Shown: positions 39,660 to 54,315 of the stretch, in pieces
How positions within the stretch are numbered: position 1 is the first letter of the stretch
Layout: the number at the start of each line of letters is the position of its first letter
Assembly (NCBI RefSeq): GCF_026210795.1
Contig: NC_089429.1
Location: forward strand, 2,914,001 to 2,978,000
DNA from: Rhizophagus irregularis
Taxonomy: Eukaryota
Length of the DNA stretch: 64,000 bases
Direction: 5' to 3'
Translations under genes and position numbers: made by a program
Notes under the pieces: generated by a model
Seen by the model: only the letters and a program-made list of their open reading frames with translations
What the model was told of the DNA's origin: nothing
Database searches by the model: none

Positions 39660-41700
39660 TGTATGTTATTGGAATTTATTAATCAAGTCGATGTAGTCTT
39701 GCTAGTCATCATTTAATTCATTGCTTTTCTTTTGGCACAGATGCCGTTCAGGAAACAGGCATATTGAGTCCTGGATTTATTGTGGTAACGAGACTGTTAA
39801 GATATTGTATAATTTCATTCATTTTGTTCTCATCTTCCTTCATATGCTTTAATTCTATTGTAGGTGCATTTTTTTTTTTCTGATTCCATGCACGTGAACA
39901 CTGCCGCGATATTGCCATTTGAACCTAAACCACCAATCTTTCAAATCCCATTGTTTTTTTAAGATGTCGTTAAAGAAAATTTCAAATTGCTTATAAAAAA
40001 ACCAGTCTGCAATATGAGGATTATCCACGATATTTTGGTGATGGCGTTTGGCTGAAGTTTTACGATTACCGTTAGATGGCATAAGCTGATGGAGCTTAGG
40101 CCAATGCAAATTGGCAGCACTAAACATAAAAAAGATTAAGCCATCCGGTCCTATTTGCTTAATTATATCATTTAATTCGTTTCATCGAGCATACCAAAAT
40201 TGACGAGATTCACGTAAACCTTCTCCAAATCGCATAATTCTATTGGCTATATAGTTATCGCCTTGGGTAATTCTTTTCTGAATATTTGTAACGGTAATTT
40301 ACGCATCGGTAAGATTTTGCTTAACATACACCTTTCCTTCTTGTAGTAATCGCCAACGCATTTGGGAATTCAATGCGAAATACCACCAACGAGCATGACG
40401 CGTAAATCTTCTGTCTTTGTATTGAAGAAGGTGCCTGAAATACTTGGCAGGCTTTATATCTCTAATACGTTCTGTGCGAAGTCTGCACTTCCAGTCGGGT
40501 ATAAGGTTAGAAATGCGCATGCTATATACCCTGGCGTCTGGAATTCGTTAACAGGATTTCCATTTATTTGTGACCACATTATGTGATGATTTTCATTTTG
40601 TATTCGATTGAGTGTGTTTCTAATAGCAGTATCTTCACGATTGGCTGAGGGTGAAAGTAGAATGAAGGTATGTGTAATAACGTCATTTTCACTTTCGTCG
40701 TAATCAATATCTTCATTAATATCTTGAAGTTGGTCATCAATTGTGCCATCAATTGGCAGAGACTGGAGAATTTCATGATCAATGATTACGTTAGCGTAGT
40801 AACGATTATTTTGTTTTAACCAGATTAACGCTTGAATGACCTTATCACGACGAACTTTAAAATCCCTAAACGCTTCTGCATTGCTCACAGATTGATGACG
40901 TATAACAAGCATATCTAATAATGATGGATGCCTAGGAAGCTTTGAAGCAAATTCTTAGACATTTTGAGGAAAGTTGATTACGTTTCCTCGATATCCATGC
41001 TGACCTCCACAAAGTCTATAAACTGACATCACGGGAAATACTTGCGCAACTAACATTTTCTCAATTTCTGTGAGATCACGAAGTTTATCAGGTACTTTGC
41101 CTGGGTCCATATTGTTATCTTTTGAAAATTTTTTTGGCTGCTTCTCTTTATGGCAACGTCGGCATTCCCTCTTATAATTACAATTGATGGAAAACTTTCA
41201 TTGCACGTTGTGCAGAGCGAATGTTTAAATTTATTGACTTTGTTATAAAATTTCTTTAGAAGATTTCGCTCGAATTCACCAAGTACACCAGCATCGGTAT
41301 GTGTGTCTGCGCCATCTTCTGCGTCATCATCTTCTGCATCATCACCTTCTGCGCCGTCTGTGCCACTATCTTGATACTTTTGCTGCAGATTTTTTTGTTG
41401 CGAATTCAAGTTTTGGGCTGTTGTATTTTGAATATTTTTCAGGTATTTTCTTTGTTCATGGTAGTAACTAAGACGTTTTTCACGTTGTTCGTCCATTTAT
41501 GTTGCTAACTTTACGCGTTTTCATTCTTTGTTACGTGCGTCACGCACCTCTCGCTCTTCAGCATTTGCATTTTCCCTTGCTCTTTTTTGCCGCGTAATTT
41601 CACGTTGCTTTGCAAGGCGTGTTTCACGTTGACTAGATGTTTCATTCTCTCTAGCTTTACGCTTTTGAAGTGTGTCTCGGCTTATGAATTTATTATCCAT
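39660..41700 (-). pseudogene. Helitron-type Rep(Hel) pseudogene, N-terminal part (charged repeats, Cys cluster, DUF6570-like region, Helitron_like_N/HUH Rep)
   Basis: CTTCNESFP, NNMDPG, GQHGYRGNVINFPQ, VRRDKVIQALIWLKQNNRYY, AFLTLYPTG, FFMFSAANLHWP, and WFRFKWQYRGSVHVHG (degenerate E.Q.RG..H.H HUH motif). Many frameshifts. The helicase part is absent. Confidence 0.85.
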
Positions 41701-42849
41701 TATGCATGCTATAGAGAAACTTCATAGTGGCTTGTATTTTACTTTTGTTAATCGAATATCGCATATGATCATCACGCCAGATTATCATATTTAAAATAAA
41801 TATTAGTGATAAAAAATGGTTAATTATGCATTTATTCTTACGAATTTATTTTTACCAATTTTCAATTGTTGTTAATAATTAATTACATGATAATAGTATG
41901 ATATACTTATTTAAATTTTATTTTACAAATAATACTCAAATTTTATTAACGTATACATAGCAGATTATTTGTTGATCATTTGCCGATCATTTATTCAATT
42001 ATATCACATAATATAAATACCGTTGCTAAAAAAATTTACATAATAATATATGCTCAAATTACACAAATAATTTAAATTTGGTTTTAATTTATTGCATATT
42101 AAATTTCATTAGAAACTTTTTAGCTTTTATTATTATTTGGCATATATTTATTCATTTTACGAAATTATTCACTAAATATGTTACTAATAAAAAACCTGCA
42201 TTATGAATCAGATCACTGCATTATTTTTTTATAGATTCTACATAATATAAGGAATATTTGTGCAAAGTTTTGAGTTTCGCCCATGCATATTCATCTCTGC
42301 CCATCAAATTTTGTCTGATGATCGGTAAAAACTTATGAATTATCATATATGAATAATGTGTTATAAAAATATTAAAAAATTATGCTAACAATTATTGAAT
42401 TAAAATTATATGATGATTCAATGCTTAGCTTAGATTTCCATAATTTTTTTGCCACATTATTTTGAAAAATTTGTGGCTTTTGCAATAAATTTTAAAATCC
42501 GGAATTATGTGATCGGCAAATAATCGGCAAGGTGATATAAGCATGTCCGCCATGCTCGTATACATTCAATTATTACATTTGATATTTATGATTACTACAT
42601 TTCTTATCTAACCTTAAATTCGAAATGTTGCAAAAGTAATTAACAAAATTTTCTTGCTCTAGACCCACAATGGTTTCCATTTCCTAGTATATTTCTATTT
42701 TTATTTAAGGAGTTGAATAAACAGGTTTTTAACTTGATTTTTTACTGGTTTTTGAAAAATTCAAAATATCAAATTTTCAAATTACAATTTTGCAATCAGC
42801 TATAATAGTTTATCACATAAATTATGGTGAATAAAACTATAAGGAGGAT

Positions 42850-45800
42850 TATATAATAAAATAATAGAAATTTTTGTCTGATGAAAAAATAGGTCTAGTT
42901 TTAGCAAACAACCATTTTAAGATCGAAGTAAAAGGCCAATACCATCATGAGGGTGGGAGGAAGAAGAGCAGGCCCAATAAGATCAAAAATTAAATTGATG
43001 ATATACATGCTGCCCAAATTATTTTGGGATGCCATAATTATAATTTGGGATGTCGTAATTCATTCAATTTATATATAATTTACTATGTAAAGTGCCAAAA
43101 TAATTTGGGATGTCATAATTGAATTTGGGATTTTACTTATAATTACGGCAGCCCAAAATAATTTGGGTGGCATGTATAATTGATGATGTTCATTTTTAAA
43201 AATAAATTTAGCACTAGAAGGGAAGAGTTACATATCATTTAAAGATAATATACCAAAAGAAGAGTAAAAAAAATAATTTAACAAGTTTTGTTGTTGAACT
43301 GGAGAACATAAAGCATTAACATTTAGTTGACTAAAATTAAAAAGGGGAGAAGAGTAAGGGAAAAATTATGTTTTTTATTGTCCATCATTATTACACCATG
43401 ATAGAAAACGTAAGTAGAATTGGAGAAATAAAATGTTTATTGGGAGTTGGTAACTTCTGAATCATGAGGAGAGACAGTTAATGCAGCATAAATAGCAGCT
43501 GCTTCAGCACGAGAAGAAGAAGGATTATCGTGAATAATACCATATGCATAAGTAGCGATTGAGTTGGGAAAGCCAGCGTCCGGTACAATTTGCATCCAAG
43601 ACTAACCCATGGAAACATCAGGAGTTCCTAGGTTAATAAGAGATCCATCAGTGAAAAAGATATATTTTGAATCCATAGAGGGAATCAAAGGCGAGTTAGC
43701 AAACACAGCAGCAGCTAAAGATTCAATGGTAGTAGGGATAATAGGAGCTTCAAAGGCGTCAATAGGGGAGAAATCAGGAATATCCCATCTATTATAATGA
43801 AGACGAACACCATCTTCTATATCAGCCCACGTAAGGAGAGAGGTCACCTCAGAGGTATCACACCTAATCCGTTTGTTGGTGGTAGGAAGAATGAGAGAAT
43901 GTAAAGAGTTAAATCAGCATTGTGTCTTTTAGAAGATAGTAAAGGCGTATGTTCAGCACAACCAGGATAGGGAGAGAGTTTGATGATATCGCCCGGCAAA
44001 GATTCACAGTCAGGAGAGATCCAATGTACTATGGAATCAGTGCCATGACTGGGTTGGACCAAAAGTTGTTTACCAAAGAGGGGAGAACCATTATCATCTA
44101 ACGTGACTATCCAGTTCTTAGTCGTGGGAAGAGAGGAAAGACAAGGTTCAAGTTCACAGGTAGAGGTGTCATTCGCAAGAAGAGTAATGATATATTCATC
44201 AATCAATCGATTGTTGGAATCCGGAATAGTAGTTTGTCTCTGGATATCTTTATACCAAAAAGGAGCATAGCCAGGGCCGCGTATTCCTACTAGATTTGCA
44301 TAAAAAGTCTTCTAAGATATAATAATGGGTGCCTTGTGGTGTGATAAGCTGAGATAAATAAAACAGCTGTCTTTTATGTAGGGTAGGGTAATAAGCCTTA
44401 AAGGCTTTGGGAGTCATGCATTTGAATAAAGGAATGCGTCCATCAGAGTATGAAGCAAGCGAAAGGGAGTAGAATTCAAGAGAGCAAGAGTGCAAGCGAT
44501 ATAGTCCTTTTTAAAAGAAAAAAGAGAAAACCATATAGACCAGTCATTAATTACTAAAGGAGAAATGGGAATTAAAAAATTATATTGAATTAAACATAAT
44601 CTATATATAAAAAGAGATTGGATAAAAGAAGAAGAATTAGCCATTAAAAACAAATTAGTAATATGACATTGTCGTTGGTGAGAGAACAAATTAATCAAGC
44701 CCAAGGCTTGAGACAAAAATAAAATAGGATTAGGAATAGAATGAGAAAAATTGGCTTAACAGAGCGTATACTTCTTTATCTGGTGACAGTCAGATTCAGA
44801 CAAGTGAGTAACTTGCATCCGATATTCAAGTTTTGGTATAAGAATGGCATTATGTAAATACACAACTTGTTTGGCAGAGAGTTTTGCAGGTCGGATGGTC
44901 ACAGCCATTCGCGCTTGAGTTGTTTCTTAATGAAATCGCGAGAGCTTTTAATGGTCATAGAGATTGGAGTAATGGAGATAGAAGAAACTCTATTTAGAGA
45001 AGATATATTCAAATCAAAAGTAACAGGAAGAGAGGCAGAATTTGAGGTTAAAGACAACGAATTAGTGATTAACGTATATTTGTTATGATTGGCTGAAGTA
45101 TTATTAATTTGATAAAATTCTTCAGTAATGGATAACATAAATTCCATGCCAGTTTTTGACGAGGAAATAAGAGTAGAGTCATCCATAAATACTAAATTGT
45201 TAATTCGCAAATCAGGGGAGAAATCTTGAGATGCAATTAAGGATGGTGCAGAAAGAACATAAGGATCAATCATTTCATTCTTCAACACAGTAAGCAACGG
45301 ATCAATATAAATGACCCATAAGAGAGGAGAAATAACTTCGCCTTGGTCAATACCAATGCGAACCCTATAAGCAGGAGTGGATCCATCAGCAGTGAAGACG
45401 CTATTTGTGCATTTCATAAAGAGTGAAAGAATGAACTTGACTGCACAGGCAGGAAGGCGTATACGTTTGAGAGCAAAACGTAACATTGTTAAATCAACTG
45501 AGTCAAAGGCTTTGGAAATATCTTGGGAGAGGATCCAAAGTGGGTTTTTGTTGATATCAGCATCATGGATAATGGATTCTAGGGTAATAATAGGGTTGCG
45601 GCAAGAACCACCAGGTAAACCAGCAAAGTGAGGCCAAAATAGTAGAGAGACGATTATAGAAAAGTTTTACAAGAGATTTTCTAATCACTTCAAGTAGGGT
45701 AATAGGACGAGTATTCTTTAGTTGACACTTCCATTCGTGAGGTTTGGGAATAGGAAAGACCATTGCTTGTCACCATAAGTCAGGAATATCAGCTTTGGTA

Positions 45801-48800
45801 AGGCCGAAGTACGAGGACCAAGGTGTTTGAGCATCTCATATGTAATCATGGAGGGACCAGGTGCTTTATCATTAGGAGTGGAAGAAACTGTCGACAACCA
45901 TTCTTCAAGGGTAGGGGATTCATTAAAGAATCATAGATGGAAGAGGATACATCATCCATGGGTTGGTAAGCCGAAGACCATCTATCAGGTAAAGCATCAA
46001 TAGAGGAAAGAGGAGAAGATTTAATAGGCACAAAGCTTTGGAAGTGGTTAATAACAGCATCATCTATGTCCTTAGGATCGGTTAAAAGCTGAGGTCGAGT
46101 GGGATGGTTGAGAAAAATGCAGTCCAAAGTGATATGACGACGGGTGCGAAAAAGTGCCGATTCAATGAAAGAGAATAGGTCAGTTTCAAAATTATTATTT
46201 CTATCATCCACATGAGATCGAATAGAAGAGTCCGAAATTCCTTTTCTTTAAAAAGTTGGAATCCACGTAAAGATTTTAAAAGGGTGGATAAAGTATCAAG
46301 AAGTGATTTAAAATCATCTTGTCAACATGATGAAAGGGATAAAGGTAAGGTGGTAATGAAAGTAAATACTTTCTTATATAAAGTGAGAATGTTTTGAAGT
46401 CTAATTAAATGAGTAGACCACTTATGTTCATGAGCAGCAGAATAGGTCAAAGGATATTTGCGCAGGAGATGTATTGAATGCATCAGGCGATTTAAGAACT
46501 GATAATGCTGAATTAAAGTTTTCAGTTCCTTAGGGACCTTAAAAGTATAATTGTTGCCAACTATAGAAAAGAGCAAAGTGGCTTTGGCAGCATTGAGGAT
46601 TCGTGATTGAAGATATTTGCACATTTGATTGATATGCCAGGAGGAGAAGGTAGAAGGCAAGACGTTACATAGATCGTCAGCTTTGTCAGTGAATGCTGTC
46701 CATTGGGATCCAGTAACAGAATCAAATTTGAAGATGCGACAGGTTTGGCGTTTAAGTTGTTGAGCGCGAGCCAATTTGGTAGAGGTGAATAGCAGGGACA
46801 TATCATAATATGTGATAACAGGGTTATGATCAGATGTGCAGATGTCTCAGGCATTAAAGATGCAGACAGTCAGAGCGAATCCTTTAAGAAGAGGGCAAGA
46901 CCATACATAATCAACATGTGTAATTTGGTCATTGCGACGAAAGGTGCCTAAGGAATCAGAGAGATTAATGGGAGTACAATCTTCATATCCATAGGAAAGG
47001 AGATGATAAAATAATTGGTGAATATGTTTAGAAGCAACTTGAGGTTGGTTAAAGTAAATAGGATAATAACTATCCAAATGCATATTAAAATCGCCACAAA
47101 CAGCATGGTAAAAACCAGCTTGTTTAGTAAGAATAAGTTGATTTATAAGCAAATTAATAGTGTCTGAGCGCAAAACACTTTCAGCAGGGGGAGGAATATA
47201 AACAACAAATATGCGCAATTTAACGTTGCCTTTAAAATATAAATCAACAGAAAGTAAACGTGAGGAATGGGATTTAAAATCTTGTACATGAGAAGCAAGG
47301 GAATTTTCAATAAGGAGAGAAACACCACCAGAGGAAAGGATTTGTTTAGAAGTATCCAAGTCTGAAGAAAATATAGTACGCTTGGATAAAAACTTCATTT
47401 GTTTAGGATGGAGATGGGTGTCTACGATACCTCTAAAGAAGATATGTTTTAAAGAAAAGAAAGAAGAAATTAGTTCTATTTTATTCTGACCATACATTTT
47501 AAGGCTATTGACATTAAAGGAAGAAATATTAAAAGAGTTCAGGATGGGGGAAGTGTTACTAGAAGAAGAAAACAAAGATTCATGTGAAAAAAAATCAGTA
47601 ACACTATTAGGGTTGGAAGGGTTTCGTATAAATGTATCATAATTAAAATTATTGTCCGACATTAGAGCACAATGATGAAAACAGTCAGGGGATAGAAAAG
47701 AAAATTAATTAGAGGAAGCTGAGTCAGCTTGATCCGGGGAGCGCCACCAATGGAGCTGATGAATTGTTTAATAGAACTGGTAAGCAGGTCCAATTTACTT
47801 TCGATAATGACTCTGCTATTTTTGAGATCATTGATTTCTTCTTGCATGGAGAAGAAAGGAGTAAACGGAGAAGCACCTGGGGAGAGTAGAGAAGGAGGGC
47901 GCGATGCTGAAGAAGTAGTATTGAGCAAAGGTTGTTGTGGTCACGTTAAAATACTTTTAGGGGTGAGGAGGATTTGGCAGAAGGATGAATATTAAGCGGG
48001 ACATGGGATATAGTAGCATCCTCTTGCATGAGATCAAGCTCAGGCTTGATAATTGTAGGGATTGGGTTCAGGCCAAGGTGAGATTTAATTCGGGTCATAC
48101 GTTGGTCAGCAAGTTCAAGAGCGGAGATGCGTTTATGGAAATTAGCAACTTCGCATTGTAACTCGCGTAGAAGGTTTAAGATATTAGCAGCATCATCAGT
48201 AGATAAGGCAGAATTAGGAGTTTGACAAGGCAAGAGATGAGCAATGGAACGGAAGGAGGAGGAGAAAGAGACTGAACATTCTTTACTGTGTTGCCAGGTG
48301 TGCTGAGTAGAGTTAGGATTGGGAGTGTTTCGATTATTAATATTGTTAGAGTTGGTCTTATTATTATTATCACGTCTTAATGTGGAGGCAGATCGATCTC
48401 TGGATTTTGAGCGAGAATGGGAGCGAGAACGTGCATTGGCATTGGAGTTAGAATGGCGAGGTTGATTAACATTAAAGCGTTCCTTAAGTTTTGCCACTGG
48501 ATCACGAATACATTAGTATTATCAGGGGAGGACCAGAAAAGCACTTTCTCTTGGAAGCTGACAGTTTGTTCTAGAGCAGCATCCATGGTTTCTTGGGAAT
48601 TGAAGGTGACATATGCCCATCTTTTGGGTTTATAGGAATTCAGGGAGAGCGGTATGTTGATGGCTTTAGCGCCAAGTTCACAGGTAAGGAGAGCAAGGTT
48701 AATATCCTTAATGTTAGGGGGAAGTTGAGTGAGGATAGCAACAAATTGATATCACGCAGCCTTTTGATCCACAGAATAATAACACAGAGTGATTCGGAGA

Positions 48801-49518
48801 CAGGTGGAGAAGCAGTAAATGGCCCATTGGTCAGTAAATCGTGTGATTGAATCAGCATTGTCATATACAATGCGGGCTTGTTGTACTTTCGCATTGGGTC
48901 TTGAAAAGAGGCGGCAAGAAGTAATGTTTTCGAATTTCTTGAAGTAGGCCATAAGGTTATCTTTCTTAATAAAGAACGGAATATCAGTAACTTGGATAGC
49001 CCAGATCGGAGTTGGCAAGGGTCATGTGTATGGAATACAAGGTCAGGGAACTCAGAATGAAAAGAGCCAGCACATAAGTCACATGTCAGCAGTATGGAAA
49101 TGGATAACAAGACGCTTAGCATCACCCGAACTAGTCATACGTGCTTTTTCAGTGTACGACTCATAGGTTTCTAAGAAGAGATTATCACCACTGGATCAGG
49201 GACATGATCGTCAGAAGGAGCATCATTAGAAGCCAAATCGGGTAACGTGTTAAGGGGTTGTTACTTGTCTTTGTTTGAAGGTGCATGCATGGACACGTCC
49301 ACATTACCAGAAGATGCGATGTGACTGGGCACAGTTGGGCAGCAGAATTTTTTGGGGAGGAGGTCAAAGTATTTTCGCCAGATATTTTGTTGAGGAGAAG
49401 AGGAAAAACCATCTTTTCCAACGTCAGCCGTCTGGGCGTTAGCAACGTAATCTTCATCCATAGAATTTTTGGTAACCGTACAGTTATGTTTTTCAAACAA
49501 TCCAGAGGACGTACTCAT
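42850..49518 (-). mobile_element. Decayed LINE (ORF1 plus ORF2 with APE endonuclease, RT, RNase H), copy A
   Basis: ORF1 from ATG 49518 with RRM-like AIQVTDIPFF..; ORF2 from 47662 with SFNVNSL, CGDFN, VDYVW, SDH, RPITLLE, QDISKAFDSV, GIDQGEVISPLLW, FMDD, then RNase H FFTDGS..SSSRAEAAAI. Many stops and frameshifts. 3' boundary approximate. Confidence 0.9.
43003..43177. mobile_element. 175-bp MITE with 10-bp TSD AATTGATGAT (MULE-like TSD length)
   Basis: TIR ATACATGC(T/C)(G/A)CCCAAATTATTTTGGG; TSD at 42993-43002 and 43178-43187. Confidence 0.8.
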
Positions 49519-52384
49519 ATTCATGATCTGGTGGCAAAACTCAAGGAACGCTTCAATGTTATAATGCTCACCCACATTCTCATTCCCAATCTCGCTCGCA
49601 GTCTTGAAACCGATCTGTTTCTACATCAAAACGTGATAATAACAATAATAAGAAGAATAATAATAATACTAACAATCAGCATAAAACTGATTCCAGTATT
49701 TCCCAACATACTCAACATAATAGCAAAGAACGTTCTGTTTCTTTCTCCTCCTCTTCCCTCTAATTCTGCCTTATCTCCTAATGATGCTAATAACATCTTA
49801 AACCTGTTGCGTGAATTACAGTGTGAAGTTGCTAATTTTCACAAATGCATCTCCACTCTCGAACTTGCTGACCTACGAATGACTCAAATTGAATCTCACC
49901 TTGGTCTGGATCCAATCCCTACAACCAACGAACCTGATTTGGATCTCATACAAGAGGATGCTCCTATATCCCTTTAGCTAAATCTTTCTCACCTCCAAAA
50001 AGTATTTTAACGTGGCCTCAGCCACCCTCAATTACCATTGCTTCTACCACGCCGCACTCCTCTTCTCTTCCTTCTTCAAGTGCTCCTCCTTTTATTTCTA
50101 TCTTTTCCACGCAAGATGAAATTAATGATCTTAAGAATAGTAGAGTTGTTATTGAAAGTAAATTGAACCAGCTTACTGGTCACATTAAACAATTCATTAG
50201 CTCCATTGGTGGCGCTTCCTTGGAACAAGCTGATTCAGCTTCTTCCATTTATTTCTCTTTTTTTCATCTTATTTACCCGATTATTTTTATCATTGTGTTT
50301 TATTGTCAGACAATAATTTTGATTATGATACCTTTGTACGAAATCCTTCCAACCCTGATAATGTTACTGACTTTTTTTTACATGAATCTTTTTTTTTTTC
50401 CCAGTAACACTTCTCCTATTCCCAATTTATTTAATATTTCCTCTTTTAATGTTAATGGCCTTAGAATGCATGGTCAAACTAAAATAAATTTCTTCTTTTT
50501 TTTCCCTTAAACATATTTCTTTTGGTGGTATCGTTGATACCCATCTTCACTTTAAACAAATGATGTTTTTATCCAAACGCATTACCAACTATACTATTTT
50601 TTCCTCAAACTTGGATACTTCTAAACAGGTTCTTTCTTCTGGTGGAGTTTCTCTTTTCATTGATAATTCCCTTGCTTGTCATATACAAGATTTTAAATTT
50701 CATTCTTCATGATTACTTTCTGTTGACTTATATTTCAAAGGCAATGTGAAATTACGCATATTTGTTATTTATATTCCCCCTCCTGCTGATGGTGCTTTGC
50801 GCTCTGACATTATTAATTTGCTTATTCAACAACTTGTTATTACTAAACAAGCTGGTTTTTACCATGCTGTTTATGGTGATTTCAATATGCATTTAGATAA
50901 ATATTATCCTATTTATTTTAATCAACCTCAAGTTGCTTCTAAACATATTCACTGATTATTTTATCATCTCCTCTCTCATGGATATGAAGATTATACTCCT
51001 ATTAATCTTTCCAGCTCCTTAGGTACCTTTCATCATAATGACCAAATTACTCATGTTGATTATGTATGGTCTTGCCCTCTCCTCAAAGGATCAGCTCTTA
51101 CTGCTTACATCTTTGATGCTCATGACATTTGCATATCTGATCATAACCCTGTTATCACATATTATGATATGTCTTTATTATTCGCTTCTACCAAATTGGC
51201 TCATGCTCGAAATTTAAGTGTCAAACCCGCCGTATCTTCAAATTTGACTCTGTTACCGATTCCCAATGGACAGAATTCGCCGACAAAGCTGATGCTTTAT
51301 GCACCGTCTCACCTCAACCTTTTCTTCCTGGCATATCAATCAAATGTGCGAACATCTTCAATCACGCATCCTTAAAGCTGCCAACGCCATTTTACCTTCT
51401 GCTACAGTTGGCAACAATTATACTCCTAAAGTCCCTAAGAAACTGGAAATCTTAACTCAACACTATTGGTTTTTAAATTGCCTATTGCACTCGATATGTC
51501 TATTGTGCAAATATCCTTTAACCTATTCTGCTGCTCATGAACATAAGTGGTCTACCCATTTGATTAGACTTCAAAACATTCTTCATCTATATAAGAAAGT
51601 GTTTACTTTCATTCCCACTTTACCCTTATCTCTTTCATCATGTCGACAAGATGATTTCAAATCACTTTTTGATTCTTTATCCAACATTTCAAAATCTTTA
51701 CGGGGATTTCACCTACTTCAAGAAAAAGAATTTCAAGACTCTTCCATCCGTGCCCGTCTGGATGATAGAAATAATAATTTTGAAACTGACCTTTCTTCTT
51801 TTATCAAATCAGTGCTTTCTCGCTCTCATTATCACATTACTTTGGACCGTGTCTTCCTTGGCTTACCGATCTGAAGGATATTGATGATGCTGTCATTAAC
51901 CATTTCCAAAACTTTGTGCCAATTAAATCCACCCCTCAAATAGATGGTCTTCTGCCTATCAACCCATGGATGATGTGTCCTCCTCCATTTATGATTCTTT
52001 AATAAATCCCCCTACTCTTGATGAATGGTTATCTACAGTATCTTCCACTCCTAATGATAAAGCTCCTGGTCCTTCCATGATTACTTATGAAATGCTCAAA
52101 CATCTTGGATCTCGTACCTTGGCTCTACTTCTCATTTTGATCTGATCCTGCCTCTCCAAAGCTGATATTCCTGACTTATGGTGACAAGCAATGGTCTTTC
52201 CCATCCCCAAACCTCATGAATGGAAGTGTCAATTAAAAAACACTCATCCTATCACCTTACTTGAAGTGATTAGAAAATCTTTTGTCAAATTTTTCTATAA
52301 TCACCTTTCCACTATCTTGGCGTCACATGATGTTTTAAAAGGTGGTAACTTCGCTGGTCTACCTGGTGGTTCTTGCCACGACCC

Positions 52385-54315
52385 AAACTCTTTCCCGAAT
52401 ACATTTTTTACGAAAATTTTTGCGTAATAATTTTTTTTAAAAAATAATCCCCTTTATTAAATTTTATTACATAAATTTAAAAATGTCTATGGATAAGAGC
52501 CGAACAACAACCGAAGAAGCTTTAGACTTCGTTTCCAAGTTTAACGAAATTTATTTCCAAACTGTTACATACCACTTAAGTTCTTTTATACAGGACGGTT
52601 TCCTCAAGGACTTATTTGAAAAAAACCCCTCAGTACCTAAGGATAAAGCCAAGATACTGATAGAAAGGTTTGGCGAGTCAGCCAACCCCGCGAACTTCAC
52701 TTTACAAGCTCAAGCTATGAATATACAACCCACCACCCTTTCGCTAATATTTTCTATAGCGTTATATTTTGCGTCCAGGTCTTGGGATAATTTTTCTACC
52801 CAATTCTATTACAAATTTGGCGATACAGGTGATGATGATGATGACGATGACGATAAATCTCAGGATACTGATGATTATCTAATGGATGCGTCACCGTTCT
52901 TTGAGCAAGATGTAGATGATCTTATACGCCAAGGATTCCAAAAACCACCAAGTCCAGTACCTATCAAGCTTCCATCAATGCCTGATATAGTAATGCCCAC
53001 TGTTGATCAAACTGTAATACCTGAAAACTCCCAGAAGAAAGATAAACAAAAGGCGCGTGTTACAGATGATAAACAAAGCACGAACCAATCAACGAAGGCA
53101 AAACCTGATGTGAAAACATCAGCCAAAAATTCCCAAAAGGGAAAGAAATCATCCAAACTGGAAGCTACACAGATACTGACAGGATACGAAGCTGTTGGAG
53201 AGGAGCAAGAGCGAATCTGAGACATTATAGTTTACGATATCCCGTATACCTGGGACCTGCAGAAGATTATAGCAGAGTTAAAACTTTGGGGGAATACTAT
53301 CAAGTGTTCTGTCAAGCGACAGTACAAGTATCAGACTCTTAGAGTCAAGATAGCATTATCCTCCTTTTCCCTTTCCCAGTTTAATAAATATTGGACGACA
53401 GACCTGGGAGGTATACCCGTTAGATGGTTCCCTGCAAGTTGGACTTTACGAGAAAGAAAACAACGTGAAAAATTCCAAGCCGTCATTCATGACATTCTGG
53501 AGGATATGACAATGGCTACCTTGTGGATGGACCGTAAACCATGTGAATTTTTAATGAAGTGCGGTGCTAGCTCATTTAAAATAATTCAAACAAGTAAAGG
53601 AAGGAGGAAACTTGTGGCCTATTTCGAGAATTGGGAGACCACACTAAGGGCCTTAGATACGCCACAGTTTTTCGTACCTGATGGTAAGGAGTTGAAATGG
53701 TGTCGACACTCCATTCCTACCTTGAAGAAAGCACAAAACAAACCGAAGGCTAAAAATACACCGAATCTGAAAAAATCAGGTAAGTCTGATAAGAATTTGG
53801 AAAGTAATCAGCCTAAGAAGAAGGATAAATCTACATCCTCGAAGAAAGTCCCAAAAAATAATAATCAGGAGGAGAAGCACCCAAAAACTCAGAAGAAGGC
53901 AAAGAATTCCTTGAAGAAAAAGGGTGGTAATAAAGATAACAAGGCGGTTTTAGCAGAGATTTTAACTTTATTACAGAAACTAGTTTAGCCTACGCTTTAA
54001 TTAGCGGTTTTACAAATTTCAGAATTATATTATTTTTTAGGATAGAATAGGTTTATGTGTATGCACCACAATTTCTTGGAAAGGGGACTTGTCCTCTCCA
54101 CTTTTTTTTCCCCCTATTTTTTACCCAGTGTGTCCGCCTGGATTATTATCGGTAGTGGTAGTAGTGCAGGTCTTTTATTTTCAAGAAGTTCAGGTTGGGC
54201 TCCAGCTCCTCTGGAATTTGATGGTAGGATTTAGTTGGGTTGTATTACTTCGGAATCATGCTCAGTTTTGTATCCCCTGCCGGCTTCACATAAAATAAAT
54301 AAATAAATAAATAAA
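52385..54315 (+). mobile_element. ORF1-only (HAL1-like) non-autonomous non-LTR retroelement, 1931 bp, 15-bp TSD, (TAAA)n tail
   Basis: TTCTTGCCACGACCC at 52370-52384 and 54316-54330; TAAA repeats at about 54290-54315; a single long ORF with no RT or endonuclease. Confidence 0.88.
52483..53988 (+). pseudogene. ORF1/gag-like protein (about 501 codons) with RRM-like repeats and Lys-rich tail; one in-frame TGA at 53218-53220
   Basis: ORFs 52483-53220 and 53506-53988 share a frame and 53221-53505 is open (DIIVYDIPYTWDLQKIIAELKLWG...GIPVRWFPASW...FQAVIHDI). Confidence 0.8.

Noticed and set aside
47660..47666. TAATG stop-start coupling between LINE ORF1 and ORF2
   Set aside because: Comparison with copy B suggests ORF1 really ends earlier (..QADSASS); the overlap arises from a frameshift.
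49285..49977. 230-aa ORF spanning the LINE junction as a chimeric gene
   Set aside because: It is antisense of copy A joined to partly off-frame copy B; no independent support.
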